From positions 372,001 to 436,000 of the forward strand of contig RHPI01001132.1 of NCBI GenBank assembly GCA_009103225.1: a DNA stretch of 64,000 nucleotides, read 5' to 3'. A program made the translations under genes and the position numbers. Below are positions 23,882 through 35,631 of the stretch, piece after piece. The notes under the pieces were generated by a model. It was not told where the DNA came from and made no database searches. It saw nothing but the letters and a program-made list of their open reading frames with translations. The stretch's first letter is position 1; each line of letters starts with the position of its first letter. The stretch comes from Chlorokybus atmophyticus. Taxonomy: Eukaryota; Plantae; Mesostigma and Chlorokybus algae.

Positions 23882-25887
23882 CTACGATATTGTCTCCAGT
23901 GGCGGCGCTTTGAACTCTGTGTCAGGTAGCTGCACGCCGTCTCCCATGCGTGCCTTGCGCGGGTCCACGAGGAACTGGTTCTCGGCGTCCTCGCTGTGGT
24001 ACACGCAGTTGACCTCGGGCGCGCGCCGAAGGTCCCCCACAAACCCGAACGTGTTCATGTTCTTCTTGCACGCGCGCACCTCCGATTTGCTCACCAGGTT
24101 GCGCTCCTCAAGCACGGACCAGTTGCTGCTCAACAGCACGCAGCCGGGTTTCACCTCCGGCTGAGACACGTACACATTGAACCTGCATGTGGCACACACA
24201 CAGGCATGCATAGCATTGTCAAATATGAGTGCCACTACAACAAAGGGTTAATCATAACAGAACATTGTCAATTTGTTGGACACATCACAACAACTTACGG
24301 GTTGAATGAGACGAATAGGCGCTGATCCAGTACCATAGCAGAGCGGCCGTTGGCAAGACATATTTCCGGGTTGGGTGTCTGGACATGTGTTAGAATACTA
24401 GAATTATGACTCACTCAACAATACTGAAGCCTTATGTCAGCATACCTGTCTGTCAATGACTTCTCGTGAGGCGACGTTGTTGGGTTCAATGTTGAGGCCC
24501 GAGTCGACGGATATGCCCGCGCCGATGCCGAGCACAAACGCCCCCGCAACCCACGCCATGCTCAGCGACTTGGCACCAGGCTTCTTCTCCCGCTCCCCCC
24601 GTGCAGCCGCAGGCCTAGTATGACACACAACAGTTGGCTGTTGTGTGTCATGACAGCGAACAGATATAATCCCGCACATGCCCGCGCATGCTGTGGGTGT
24701 GCGCAAGCACGCGTATGTGTGCGTGCGTGTTTGTTCCAATGTGTTCATGCGTGTGCATGTGCGCACAAACGGCTGTGCATGTGGGTGCGCGCTGTGTGAG
24801 TATGTGTGCGCACGTCTGTTGTATGTCACAACACGTGCACTGTTTTGACAAATACGACCCCCACACATTTATCCAGATGTGTTGGTTCACACACTTTGCA
24901 TGTATATCAAGCACGTAAGCACATAAACAAGATTAAACACAAAGAGAACATGAAGCGAACAAAACATTGCAGCGACGTACCTATAACCAGAAGGTCTCCT
25001 CCTACGTCCCGATCCCGACCCCCCCGCCGCCCCGCCAGCAGCCTCATACTCAAAATCATCATCTTCATCGTACTCTTCTTCATCATCATACTCGTAAGCA
25101 TTGCCCTGTCTTGATCTTCGAGTTGCCCTGTCATCATCGAAGCCACCCTGTGGAGGGGAATTGGGCGCGCGACGGGGGCGGGGATTCGTTTTGCGTTGGG
25201 ATGAAGCACAACACTTGATTGAAGTACGCCTCTGCTGCAGACTCGTGTTAGTCATGATAGTACTTGTGTGCTGGCTGGAGGTAACAACCCAGTTAACAAG
25301 TCGACATCACACGCATAAATGCACGTACGCAAGCATGTAAGTTGCCAACAGAGAAGAAGCAAACAAACAAATGAACCAGTCATTGGCAAAGGCAAACATG
25401 CACAACGAAGTATGCATATGGCTCAGTGCATGTTTGATGACTGCCAACACGCAATAACACGATTGAGGACAGCATGTGTGCGATCTATTTGCAACAACGC
25501 CATGTACCATCCCCATTTTCTGCACTTGTGTGGCTAGTTGCATTGCAATGAGGTCAGATTGTGCAACACTGCCTTTGCATTGAGGCCAGGTTGGAGGTTA
25601 GCGTTGCATGTACAGGTTCAATCTTACCTGTGCGAGCTGCTCCAACCTGGCTGGAATGCCGCATTGCCGCCTTGCCGAAAACCTGCATTTAATTGCGTTT
25701 CAGCAGCCAGAAAGCTAGCCATCAATACGTAACAGGAGTCTCAAAAGCCACACACCAACCTGGGCAACGACGAAGACGAAGACAGCCCGGACGAGCAGCA
25801 CGCAGACGGCATCAACCGCGCACTGTACGTCGAGAAGTAAAGCGCTACCCCTCTGGCTGATGAACACAAAGCCACGGCCGCCTCCAT
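23882..25887 (-). CDS. DUF3172-family plastid membrane protein (about 6 exons: 25887-25760, 25682-25628, 25234-24981, 24614-24446, 24378-24299, 24182-23882)
   Basis: AGAFVLGIGAGI...NVASREVIDRQ-TPNPEIC...DQRLFVSFNP-FNVYVSQPEVKPGCVL...NWSVLEERNLV...CKKNMNTFGFVG matches the cyanobacterial DUF3172 pattern as I recall it. The N-terminus is Ser/Ala-rich like a transit peptide. The 5' exons are less certain. Confidence 0.82.
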
Positions 25888-26667
25888 GCCCACAACCCCT
25901 TCACCGCCGCCGCCGCTGCCGCCAAGGACACGTCCGCCACCCTGCGTCACGCGTAGCGCCTTTGCTTCAGAACGCAACCGCGTGACACTTTGACGGCGTG
26001 ACGCTGGTGTCAAGGTGCACAGCGTGCGCCATGCTGGCAAGCTGGGCGGTGTGGTGGCAGCGGCGGCGGCGGCGGTGTCATTGTAGGTGTCGGCGAAACA
26101 ACCTTGGGGCAGGCCTTTTGACTTTTAGGATAGAGCTGTCAGTGCGCTTGAGAGCTTGCTCCACGCACAGATTGGGTGGCATTCTGGGTGGCACGCTGGT
26201 TGAAGGTCACTTTGACTGCCCATTCACCTGCCTCAGTCAAGGTCTGAGCTGGTGCTGCTGCGCGTGTGTATGAAACTGTAGGAGCTATGGTGACCTCTTT
26301 TTTGTTAATGTAATCTGCATTGTGCGTGAGCGTTTGGATGCCTGCGCTGCATCGCATTCGTGTTACGCACTGATGCTGCAAAGTAGTGCTTGATGAAAGC
26401 TCTCATGCATTGTGCTCATGCTCGCTGGTGGCGGCGCTGACCGACTGCACATGCATACCAGGGAAGTTGTGATTAAACATAGAGAACCCCAACAGCAAGA
26501 AGATTGTACTCTAATACAATCTGCCGGAGCAAAAGCTACAGAGACTAAGCAAGCAGGCACCATGACGTGACGGCAAGCATCAATCTACACTTTGAGGTAC
26601 AGGCTAATAAACAAGCTGCTAGCATTGATTCAAGGATTAATAGATGAGCAATACTGTGCTTGCAGGC

Positions 26668-29600
26668 ATGACCGGTGGCAGTGGGTTTGTGGGCAAGGCG
26701 AAATGGCAGCTTGCTGGGGTGATGTCGAGCGGGCTGGCGGTGGAGTGGGCGAGCGTGGCGGCGCTCATAGCCGTTTACTTCACATTCAGCATAAGCCTTA
26801 TTCTCTACAACAAGTGGCTCTTCACCGAACAGCCCAAAGGGCACGGCTTCCCCTTCCCTGTTGCGGGTGTGTTGTAATGACCCACAATGCATGTCTGTGT
26901 GGTTATGTTATGTTGTGATGACGCACACAACACTCATCTGAGCAAGTACCTTGAAACATGCAAACATGCCTCTTGTACATGATCCAAGTATAGTGTAGCG
27001 TGTTAATATCTGTACACACATTCTCTTGTGTAACCCAGCAACATACAAATTGATAAGATACTAGCACAAGTGTCACGACACGCGCCCATGCGCCCACAAC
27101 ACGCGCATGCATGTCTCTGTGTGCATGCTGTGTAGATGCGCGTCTAGTCACAAGTTGCTTATTGCACTGCGCACGCATGTTATAGTAGCAACAACGTCCC
27201 TTGAGCGCTTGTAGTGATGTTACCCATTTTGGGAAGCCAGCTTTGCTCAAATGCAAGTGAGATGCCAACACTGTGTGTCTCTGGCTGTGTTGTTTTGGCA
27301 GTGACTTCCTACCACATGCTGTTGAACTCTTGCGCAGCAGCCATATCGCTGCGCCTCCTTGGGATGGATATTCAATCAGGTTCGGCAGCTTTGGACTTGT
27401 CATGTCAGTAAAGAACAGGCGCAACAATGCATAGCGAGTATGGTTGCTGATGACTGGTCACATTTGGGTGTGCAGCGTTGACGCCAGGCCTATGGAAGTA
27501 TGTCCTGCCTGTCTCCCTACTCACTGGCTTTGATATCGCTCTTTCCAACACGGTGCGTAGTGCAGCATGTTTGCATGCACTCCTGTTCAACGTTCCCCCC
27601 CAAGGAGGCGCAGCGATATGGCTGCTGCGCAAGAGTTCAACAGCATGTGGTAGGAAGTCACTGCCAAAACAACACAGCCAGAGACACACAGTGTTGGCAT
27701 CTCACTTGCATTTGAGCAAAGCTGGCTTCCCAAAATGGGTAACATCACTACAAGCGCTCAAGGGACGTTGTTGCTACTATAACATGCGTGCGCAGTGCAA
27801 TAAGCAACTTGTGACTAGACGCGCATCTACACAGCATGCACACAGAGACATGCNTACATTTGCACACGAGCACGCATGCGCGCGTGCACCCCCCGCACTC
27901 ACCCACCCACTCCAATGCATCACTACAAGAATCAGCGTTGCAGGCTTAATCACCTGTGTTGGACAGAGTTTTGAGTACCTGGATGCGTCTTTTGTTGAGA
28001 TGTTGAAGCCCACAAGCCTGGTGTGGATTCTTCTCCTTTCGTTTGCGCTTGGGCTGAAGCGGCCCGAAGTCCGCCTCATCACAACCGTGTGCCTAATGAC
28101 ATTTGGTCAATCCCTCATCTCCGCAAACGCGGTACTGATACATTCGTGTGATGCCACTTGACTGTCGTGTCAACCTGACATAGTTAGTAGCGTTACGTGT
28201 TACCTATCATGGTCCTGCTTACAACTTGTAACATGCTGGTAAGCGGATCATATGCAACAAATTATATTGTAACAACTGTTGCATTCTCATATGTTATGTT
28301 GGTGCATGTAGCCTTATGCGAGCAATGAGTAACAATCACTGCTTGGCAGGTGACATTTGACTGGACTGGATTTACTGCGGTCATGCTGGCAGCGGTGATG
28401 GCTGCCGGGCGCTGCGTGTTGATAGAAGTGCTGCTGCACGGGCAGAAGCTGGCTCGCAAGCTGACTTCGCTTGAAACCATGGTGCTCATCATGCCTGGCG
28501 CAGCCGGTATACTCGCCTTCGCCACATTGATACCCTACAAACGGTGCTCGGTACGCATTACATCATCACTGCACATGCATGGTTATGCAGTCTTTATTGA
28601 CTTGTACTTACAGCATTATGTCCGTGTCACAGATTTGGATTGATGGGTAACTACTGCAGTACTGCAAACTAATGCTATGTTGTTTTGTCTTCGATGGCAG
28701 GAGTTTTGCCATGAGGGCTCAGCTCAGTTTTGCATCCCAGAAGAGGCTGAGAAGAACAATTTCTGCAGCGAAGCAGAGTTGTTGGTGTGGCAGCTGGCAT
28801 GAATGATGTTGCGTGTCTTCTCCGCATAGAACACTCAGTAGCCCTGATATATTGTTTGTTCGGTTGCTGTGCAGGTGCATGGTTGGGGGCACGTCAGCGC
28901 CAGTGGTGTTCTCCTGGTTGTCTCCATTGGTGCTGCGCTGGCGTTCGCCCTCAACTTTCTGGAGTTGATGTTGATAGGTGAGCATCCACACGCGCTCATA
29001 TACGCATGTGCACACGCACACACAATCATGACATGCGCTGGTGGGTCCTGTGTTACCTCGTGAGCAGACTCCTGAAGCAATGCACTGGCTCAATGTGTCT
29101 CAACCTTAGGTAGGACGTCGGCGTTGACGTTGGGTGTTGCTGGAGTGCTCAAGATTGTACTTGTGACACTCATCAGCGGGAGTAAGTGTTGATACTGATG
29201 GCAATCCCTTGACTTCTTGGAGGCTACATGACAAATGATCTGAGGTATTTGCGTGATGGTTCTGTGCTGCAGGGGTTTTCCAGGAGCGGGTCACGCTGTG
29301 GCAAGTCACAGGCTTCTTAATTGCTCTCGCCGGCTTGTTACTGTAAGTAACATCACACCATCAATTGGTTCATAGAGTCAACATGATGGTTGTGAAATGC
29401 AGTGCAGCACTCAGCACATTAACCATTTGTCATCCCTTCAGGTACCAGTACGTGCAGTATCAGGCGCGCATGTCGGATCTGCAAAAGCTGAAGGATTACG
29501 AGCTTGTGGGTGGGCATGTGTCGGACCCATTTGAGCTCATTGATGAGGCCGATGAGTCCGATGAGGAGATGGCTGCGGGCGGGGACCACAACGCATCCAC

Positions 29601-29709
29601 AGAGGGAACATACGCGGGGTTGCGCAATGGTGCAGCGGGGGATGACTTGTTGGAAAAAAGGCAGCTGATAAAGAGCTCGCCCAAGTCCGAGCATGTTGCA
29701 ATAGATTGA
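26668..29709 (+). CDS. SLC35 / triose-phosphate-translocator (TPT) family nucleotide-sugar transporter, multi-exon
   Basis: YFTFSISLILYNKWLF...GFPFP, GFDIALSN, SFEYLDASFVEMLKPTSLVWILLLSFALGLKRP, FDWTGF..VMLAAVMAAGR, TSALTLGVAGVLKIVL. Acidic C-terminal tail. The start codon is uncertain. Confidence 0.9.
27109..27853. repeat. 255-bp inverted repeat (27109-27363 / 27599-27853) inside the transporter gene
   Basis: Identical peptide strings appear in opposite-strand ORFs 26903-27427 and 27478-28161. The second arm ends at the single N (27854). Confidence 0.9.
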
Positions 29710-30624
29710 TAGGTATTTTGTTGATAGGTATCTTTGTGGTTGACAACAGAGGCTTGCACGCCATTTGCGTGCAGGGGCTTGCAGCCTGTTTGTACGTTGT
29801 GCTGCGTGGTGTGCCTCTATGGATTCTTGGCGAGATGGCTTTAACTTGCGTGGGTTATTGTCAGCGTAATGTTACCATCAGCAGTATGTGAGCGCGTACT
29901 TGCCAGTGCATGTGTACAAACACTGAAGGTGCTGTACTTGGTGGACACATAGGCTCATTAGCAGTGATGCAGCCAGGTTGCCTGTATACCAAAGCATGTT
30001 TGATGAGGAAAGCTGCAGTAAGCAAATTTGTCCAAGCTCGAAACATTTCAAACAGGTGTTTTGTTCCATTGCAGTTGGGTGTTGACCTGCTACATCCACT
30101 GCATCAATGTCGTCTCATTGCAAGCGTGCACCAACTGCCTTCATTGGAGCTAGCGTCACCTGCCGCAAGATCAGCGCTTGATTCATGATACAAAGAGGCG
30201 CAACTCAGGCCATGTGGTTTAGCTTCTTTCAGACATACCGGCAGAGTATTCTAATCTGATCTACTGAAATTTACTGATAGATCAGAAGCTGCCCCTACAT
30301 CAAACTGGAAGCACTGGAGGATGGATCTCATACTGGAACAAACACACAGGAGCTAGTCAACTGCAGGCATATGTTATTGCATTGCAAAATTAACACACAT
30401 GAAGAATCAGCAGCAAGCATCCAGCGCTATACTATCACTATCACCAGCTCATATGGACCCCAACTTGCAGTACCTCCCGCGCCGATGATGCACGACCAGC
30501 TGGCTCTTTGCCATCAGCCACTGTGCCAATAGAAGTGCCATCCAACATACGACTCACAAAGGCCCCGATGGCAAGCCGATCGTGCTGCATCCCAACTAAA
30601 AACACTTGTGGGCGGTGCTTACTT

Positions 30625-33204
30625 TTACCAACCGAACATGCCAAGTTCACTTGCACGCTCCTTGTCAAACATCTCAAAGTACTGGTAGATGATGGTCACG
30701 GCCAGGAGAATACCAGTACCGGACCCGATGGCGCCCATGAAATCCGCCACAACAGTGAGTGCCCCGATGCACATGCCACCAAAGGCTGCGGCTGTGGGGA
30801 TGTACCGGTTGAGCTCCTTCTGGAGGTTGGAGTCTCGGTGGCCCTGCATAAACATCTGCTGCTCCTTGAGCTGCTTGGCCACATCACGGGCAGATGAGCC
30901 CGACACTTCAATCCAGGTCTTGGAGAAGAGTGCACAGGCTGTGAGCATGAAGGTGAGATAGAAGAGGGCGTGGAACGGGTTCACGGCAATGTCGGTGAGA
31001 CTCGTGGGTGGTGAGAGGTAGTACACCAGCCCGCCCACAGGGATGAGCTGCCCGCTCTGGGAGTAGTCAGCTTCATGCCACCTGCCGAGCAGCTGAACAA
31101 GGAAGTTGCCGCTGAAGCGCTTGTAGAGCAGCTGTGAGATGAAGTACAGGTTGGACACGAGGGCGGACTGCAGGATGATGGGCATGTTGCTCGTGTAGAA
31201 GAGCTTGATTGGGTACGAGCCCTGCTGGCCTCGTGCGCGCTTCGACCGCACAGGAAGGTCCACCCGGAAGCCTTGGAAGTAGATGACGATCAGAAACACC
31301 ACCACCGTGGCCATCAAGTTGGTGATGTTCGGGAGGTTTTGCCTGTAGAATGCTTCTTTTAAGGCACGCACCTGCAGCCATGTACAGACGGTTTAGCTTC
31401 ACTCGCATAATTTACACACAATGCTCTAGTCAAAGCTGACTCTGTCAGAGGCTCACCTTGTCGGTCCTTGTAATCAGCAAGTGCACCAGTGCAATTACAG
31501 CTCCCTCAAACTCAGCCCCTCTGCCAGAGTTGATAGTAGTTGGGCTAAAAGACTTCCAAATGATGTTTTCACTGCACACAACACAGGATACATAAGTCGG
31601 CTGCAAAGGGAATTGGGATGCGTGAAGCAATCCAGCTGTAATGTACATTGTGTTTCACTACACCAAGGGCAGGCAGGCCATCTGGTGCATGCACGCCCAG
31701 TAGTCCAGCCATGCAATGTCTTCTCACATGCATGTGCCGGCGAAGTACAATGGCATGACATGACAATCTAGCTGACTACAACACGACCAACACCTACTGG
31801 GTGCATAAAACCATAACAGCAGACGCAGTGCTGCAACCATTGATGCGATCACGCATACTGTTGACGGCTTGACATGACAACCTAGCGATCAACCACGACT
31901 ACACACACATCCTGGGTGCATAATCATCACAGCAGATGCAGTGCTGTAACACTTATGCAATCACACGAGCAGAATGACACTGTCGCCTGAGTGTTACTGG
32001 CGCATGCAGACATCACAAGCTCAATACTAGCTCTGAATTAAGAGAAAGAAGAAATGGTGCCAGCGCGCCTTGCAACAACACATGCAGAACTCTCGATGCT
32101 GCATACCAGATGTTGGTGGCGATGAAGAGGGAGATGCCGGAGCCGAGACCGTAGCCCTTCTGCAACATCTCATCGAGACAAATGACGATGATGCCCGCAA
32201 CAAACAGCTGCAGGATAATGAGGCAGGCGTTGAGGGAGCCGAGATCCCGGACATCACCGTACATGCCGGACACGACGTATGCAACGGCTTCACCAATGGT
32301 GATGAGCACGCCGAGAAGCTTCTGCGCGCCATTGAGCAGCGCCCTGTCTTCCTTCACATTGTTGTCCACCTCAATAATCTTGGAGCCCGCAAGGAGCTGC
32401 ATGACCAGGCCCGACGTCACGATCGGCGTGATGCCCAGCTCCATGCATGTTCCTCGGTTTGATGCGAGGATCACGCGCAGCCAGTAGAACGGATCTGAAC
32501 CCGAGGAGCTGACAATGCCATAGAGAGGCAGCTGACTGCACACCAGAAAGATGAACAGCGCGACCACTGTGTACAAAACCTTCTCCTTGAATGGCACCTG
32601 TGAAATGTGCGACAGACACACAAGATCAACAGTTGGAGGCTATTGATGGGAACATACAGCTCAATGCTACGCAAACCAAAATGCGAGGAATTAAAAGCAC
32701 GCAATAATGTGTGCAAGCTCTACGTAATATAATATGACAGCGCGCTGAGGGTCAATGTGAAACGCATGTAGCTTGGTTACTAATGGCAAAAGGCAGATTG
32801 CAGCGTTTTGCAGTCTCGTGCAGTCTCACTCCCTTGGCACACAGAAAAGATGAGGCGGTACAGCCGACGTGCTTTTCCAAAGCCTCAACAACTATGCTGT
32901 GCTCACACTTGCACGGTGAGAGTTGCACCGTAGACACTGTGTGTGTTTGAGTGTGTGCGCTGCTGACATACATGCGTAGCACGCGCACGTCTGAGCAAAC
33001 AAGGCCCGCATGCTGCGAGAACTGTGACGACTTGAGCAGAAACACTCAAGACACGTGCCAAACAGACCGCATGCAACCCAGTTCGCCATCATGAAAAGCT
33101 CAGTCCTGGGAAGCCTGTACCTTGCGGTCAGGAGATGAGACCTCCGGCAGGATAGCCAGGAACGGCCGCACCAAATGCAGGACGCGGAAGCCGCCGGAAC
33201 TCAT
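30625..33204 (-). CDS. SEC61A: Protein transport protein Sec61 subunit alpha (exons 33204-33121, 32597-32107, 31571-31457, 31371-30625)
   Basis: [22 protein letters not shown]...[10 protein letters not shown]...[19 protein letters not shown]...[17 protein letters not shown]...[18 protein letters not shown]...[18 protein letters not shown]. Canonical phase-consistent introns. Confidence 0.98.
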
Positions 33205-33345
33205 GGCGACGGCTATGAGCGATCGTAGGCCGACCGGCCAAGCCGCAGCCTCAGGCGCACAGCAACCTCCTCCGCCTACACCGCCGCCTACAGCACCGCC
33301 AACGCCGCCAACGCCAACGCCAACAGTACCGCCTGGCGCATATCG

Positions 33346-33433
33346 TTAGGGTTTCTGTCTTAGCTCGATATCAACGCTTTCGACTGCGTAACAGTTTCGC
33401 GCCCGCGGCTGAATCAGCCTGAGTCAGGCCCAA
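33346..33433 (-). promoter_or_regulatory. Telo-box (AAACCCTAA, 33346-33354) and site II motif (TTGGGCCT, 33426-33433) upstream of SEC61A
   Basis: Both motifs are read directly, about 140 and 225 bp upstream of the ATG. This pair is a known module of plant translation and secretion housekeeping promoters. Function here is inferred. Confidence 0.5.
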
Positions 33434-34869
33434 CGCGTCACTAACAAACAAATGTGTGATTAATCAATAGGTTGTTGCGCAGCGCGGGTCTTACGGGAAC
33501 CCGGATGGTTTGGCTGTGCGCTGCCAGCCGGGTTAAGACCAGTCTCATCTCAGATTCTGTTACAGGCGCGGCCTGTGATGCAGATGTCGCGTCGGGCCTC
33601 GAAGATATCGCGTCGAGCTTGTCAAGGGCCTTATGCATATATGCAGATAACGAAATTGATGTATGGACAATTGTATACATATCCAGACATGAGTGCAGGC
33701 CCCCCCCAAAGCTTGCCAAGGCCCTTGAAGGGCCTGATGCAATGTATGCAAGTAACGTAATCAACGCATATACAGTTGTGTACATATTATAACATGAGTG
33801 CAAGGGGCCCATAGGGGTTGTATTAAGGCAAAAACCTTTCAATCATCTATTGCATTTCACGCAAAATAGTCTACATGTACTAGCGTGTTCATACGAGACG
33901 AAACTCACAAATTCCGCAGCGTCACGCGCTATCAAGATAGTTCTTGTACAACTCATGAGTTACATTTGCTCCCAACAGCTCTGAGTGTTATTGTTATGAG
34001 TATCGCGTTGCTCGCGGACCTCGTTAGTTTATCTTATTATATATGTATGATAATGCATGTAGCATAGACAAGTTCATGTAAACGGATCTATCATCATGAG
34101 CCAAAGTAATGTTTGCACAAACAATTAGATTTATACTACTACAAGCTACGTCTCATAATTTTGTGCAGCTTGCATGTGCAGGATTTTGTAACCTTAACCA
34201 CCAAGTTGTAGCAGCAGAAGTCGATGTTTTAACATAGCTACGGCGCCGTGTTACACCTTGGAAGCACATTGTACATTAGCATGTTAGTTGTTTACGTGTC
34301 ACGGTACGCGCTTGTTATAAAACTTGTCAAAATCAACCCGAATAAGTCTCCTTGTTGTAAAGCTGAGTTCGTGTCTTTTACTATACTGCTTATGTAACAC
34401 GGTATTACTTATATGAATGTGAACATGAATGAACACTGCTCATACTTGGTTACCTTGTGTTGCATTCTTAAATTATAACCACATTAACTTTGGATGCCAC
34501 CGATTACCGGCTTAATGAGCCATAACAACCAGGTGATGTAATACACATACAACGGGTACGCATGAAACACGGAGTATACGGTGGTGGTAATGTGACACTT
34601 GCGTATACCATGCACACCATATATTCCATGTAACATATACCGGCAGGGGTGTACTTGTAGCAACCCCTTCCTAGCTCCGTCAACAGTACATGATGATTAT
34701 GATGTGCCTTGCCAATGGCATGTTGCCATGCAATGCAATGTGCATTATGCACAGCTCCTCTCAGAGAAAGAGCAGCCGTGGCAGGGAAGGGAGGGGGGAA
34801 GAGAGAGCAGCACGGAAGGTGTTCTTTCTAACTTCCTCGACCACAGCGCCCGATTTGCAATCCGCTTGC

Positions 34870-35112
34870 ATGGCGCTCGACATGTGCATGTCACCTCCCA
34901 CGGCAGCAGCTGCGGTGACTAGGCCAGGCTACCCGACGTTTGGCCTAGTGCTGGCATTCTCGCTCGCATGTGCATATACGTTGCTCTATATATTGTTTCA
35001 GAAAGGAGTAGAGTCCAGCTACGCCATCAGCCGGTCGGACAGTAAGCTGCTGTGGTCTGCGCCAACAGGCGTTGCAGTCAAGCAGAACTACGCAAGCTGC
35101 CAAGCCCTTTGA
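34870..35112 (+). CDS. Possible 80-aa single-pass membrane peptide upstream of GAD
   Basis: MALDMCMSPP...PTFGLVLAFSLACAYTLLYILFQK has one hydrophobic stretch. No family recognised. Confidence 0.25.
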   Translation: MALDMCMSPPTAAAAVTRPGYPTFGLVLAFSLACAYTLLYILFQKGVESSYAISRSDSKLLWSAPTGVAVKQNYASCQAL

Positions 35113-35631
35113 GGTTGGTGTTGCCGGACTTCGCCTGCTGCTTCGTTCAGAGAGCTGCAATCATGCTTGTTTGAAAAGCAGTCTTGCAAGGCGTCTCTGT
35201 GTTTAAAGTTGCCTCTGAGTGAAATGCCATGCCAGCAGGCCTGGCCAGCTAGTGCCAACGTTTAGCCTGCTATTGCTGCCTATCCGTTCACTACATTCAA
35301 TCTGTGGTCATCCCAAATTGCATAGACGATGTCGCAGCCTGCGGCTGTCACAGACGGTCAGGTGCAGTAAAGCGCATGGCTAGCAGCATGCAATCTCACC
35401 AATAGCCAGTCTAATTCATCTGTTGCGCACGTCAACACTGCCCACAATTGCCCTCAGCAGCAATGGGCGCATGCTTGACAACAAGCTGTACTGCTGCAAC
35501 GATTACTGATGCACTTGATTGCACAAATAAGACACACGTGACATTGCTTGCCAGTATGCACCTTGAGTGACTGTTAGCTACAACTTCCACACACACACCC
35601 AGGTGGTGCTTCTTCCAGTGGCCAAGTTGCA

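Noticed and set aside
30689-32487. Plus-strand ORFs over SEC61A exons
   Set aside because: Shadow frames of a GC3-rich coding gene.
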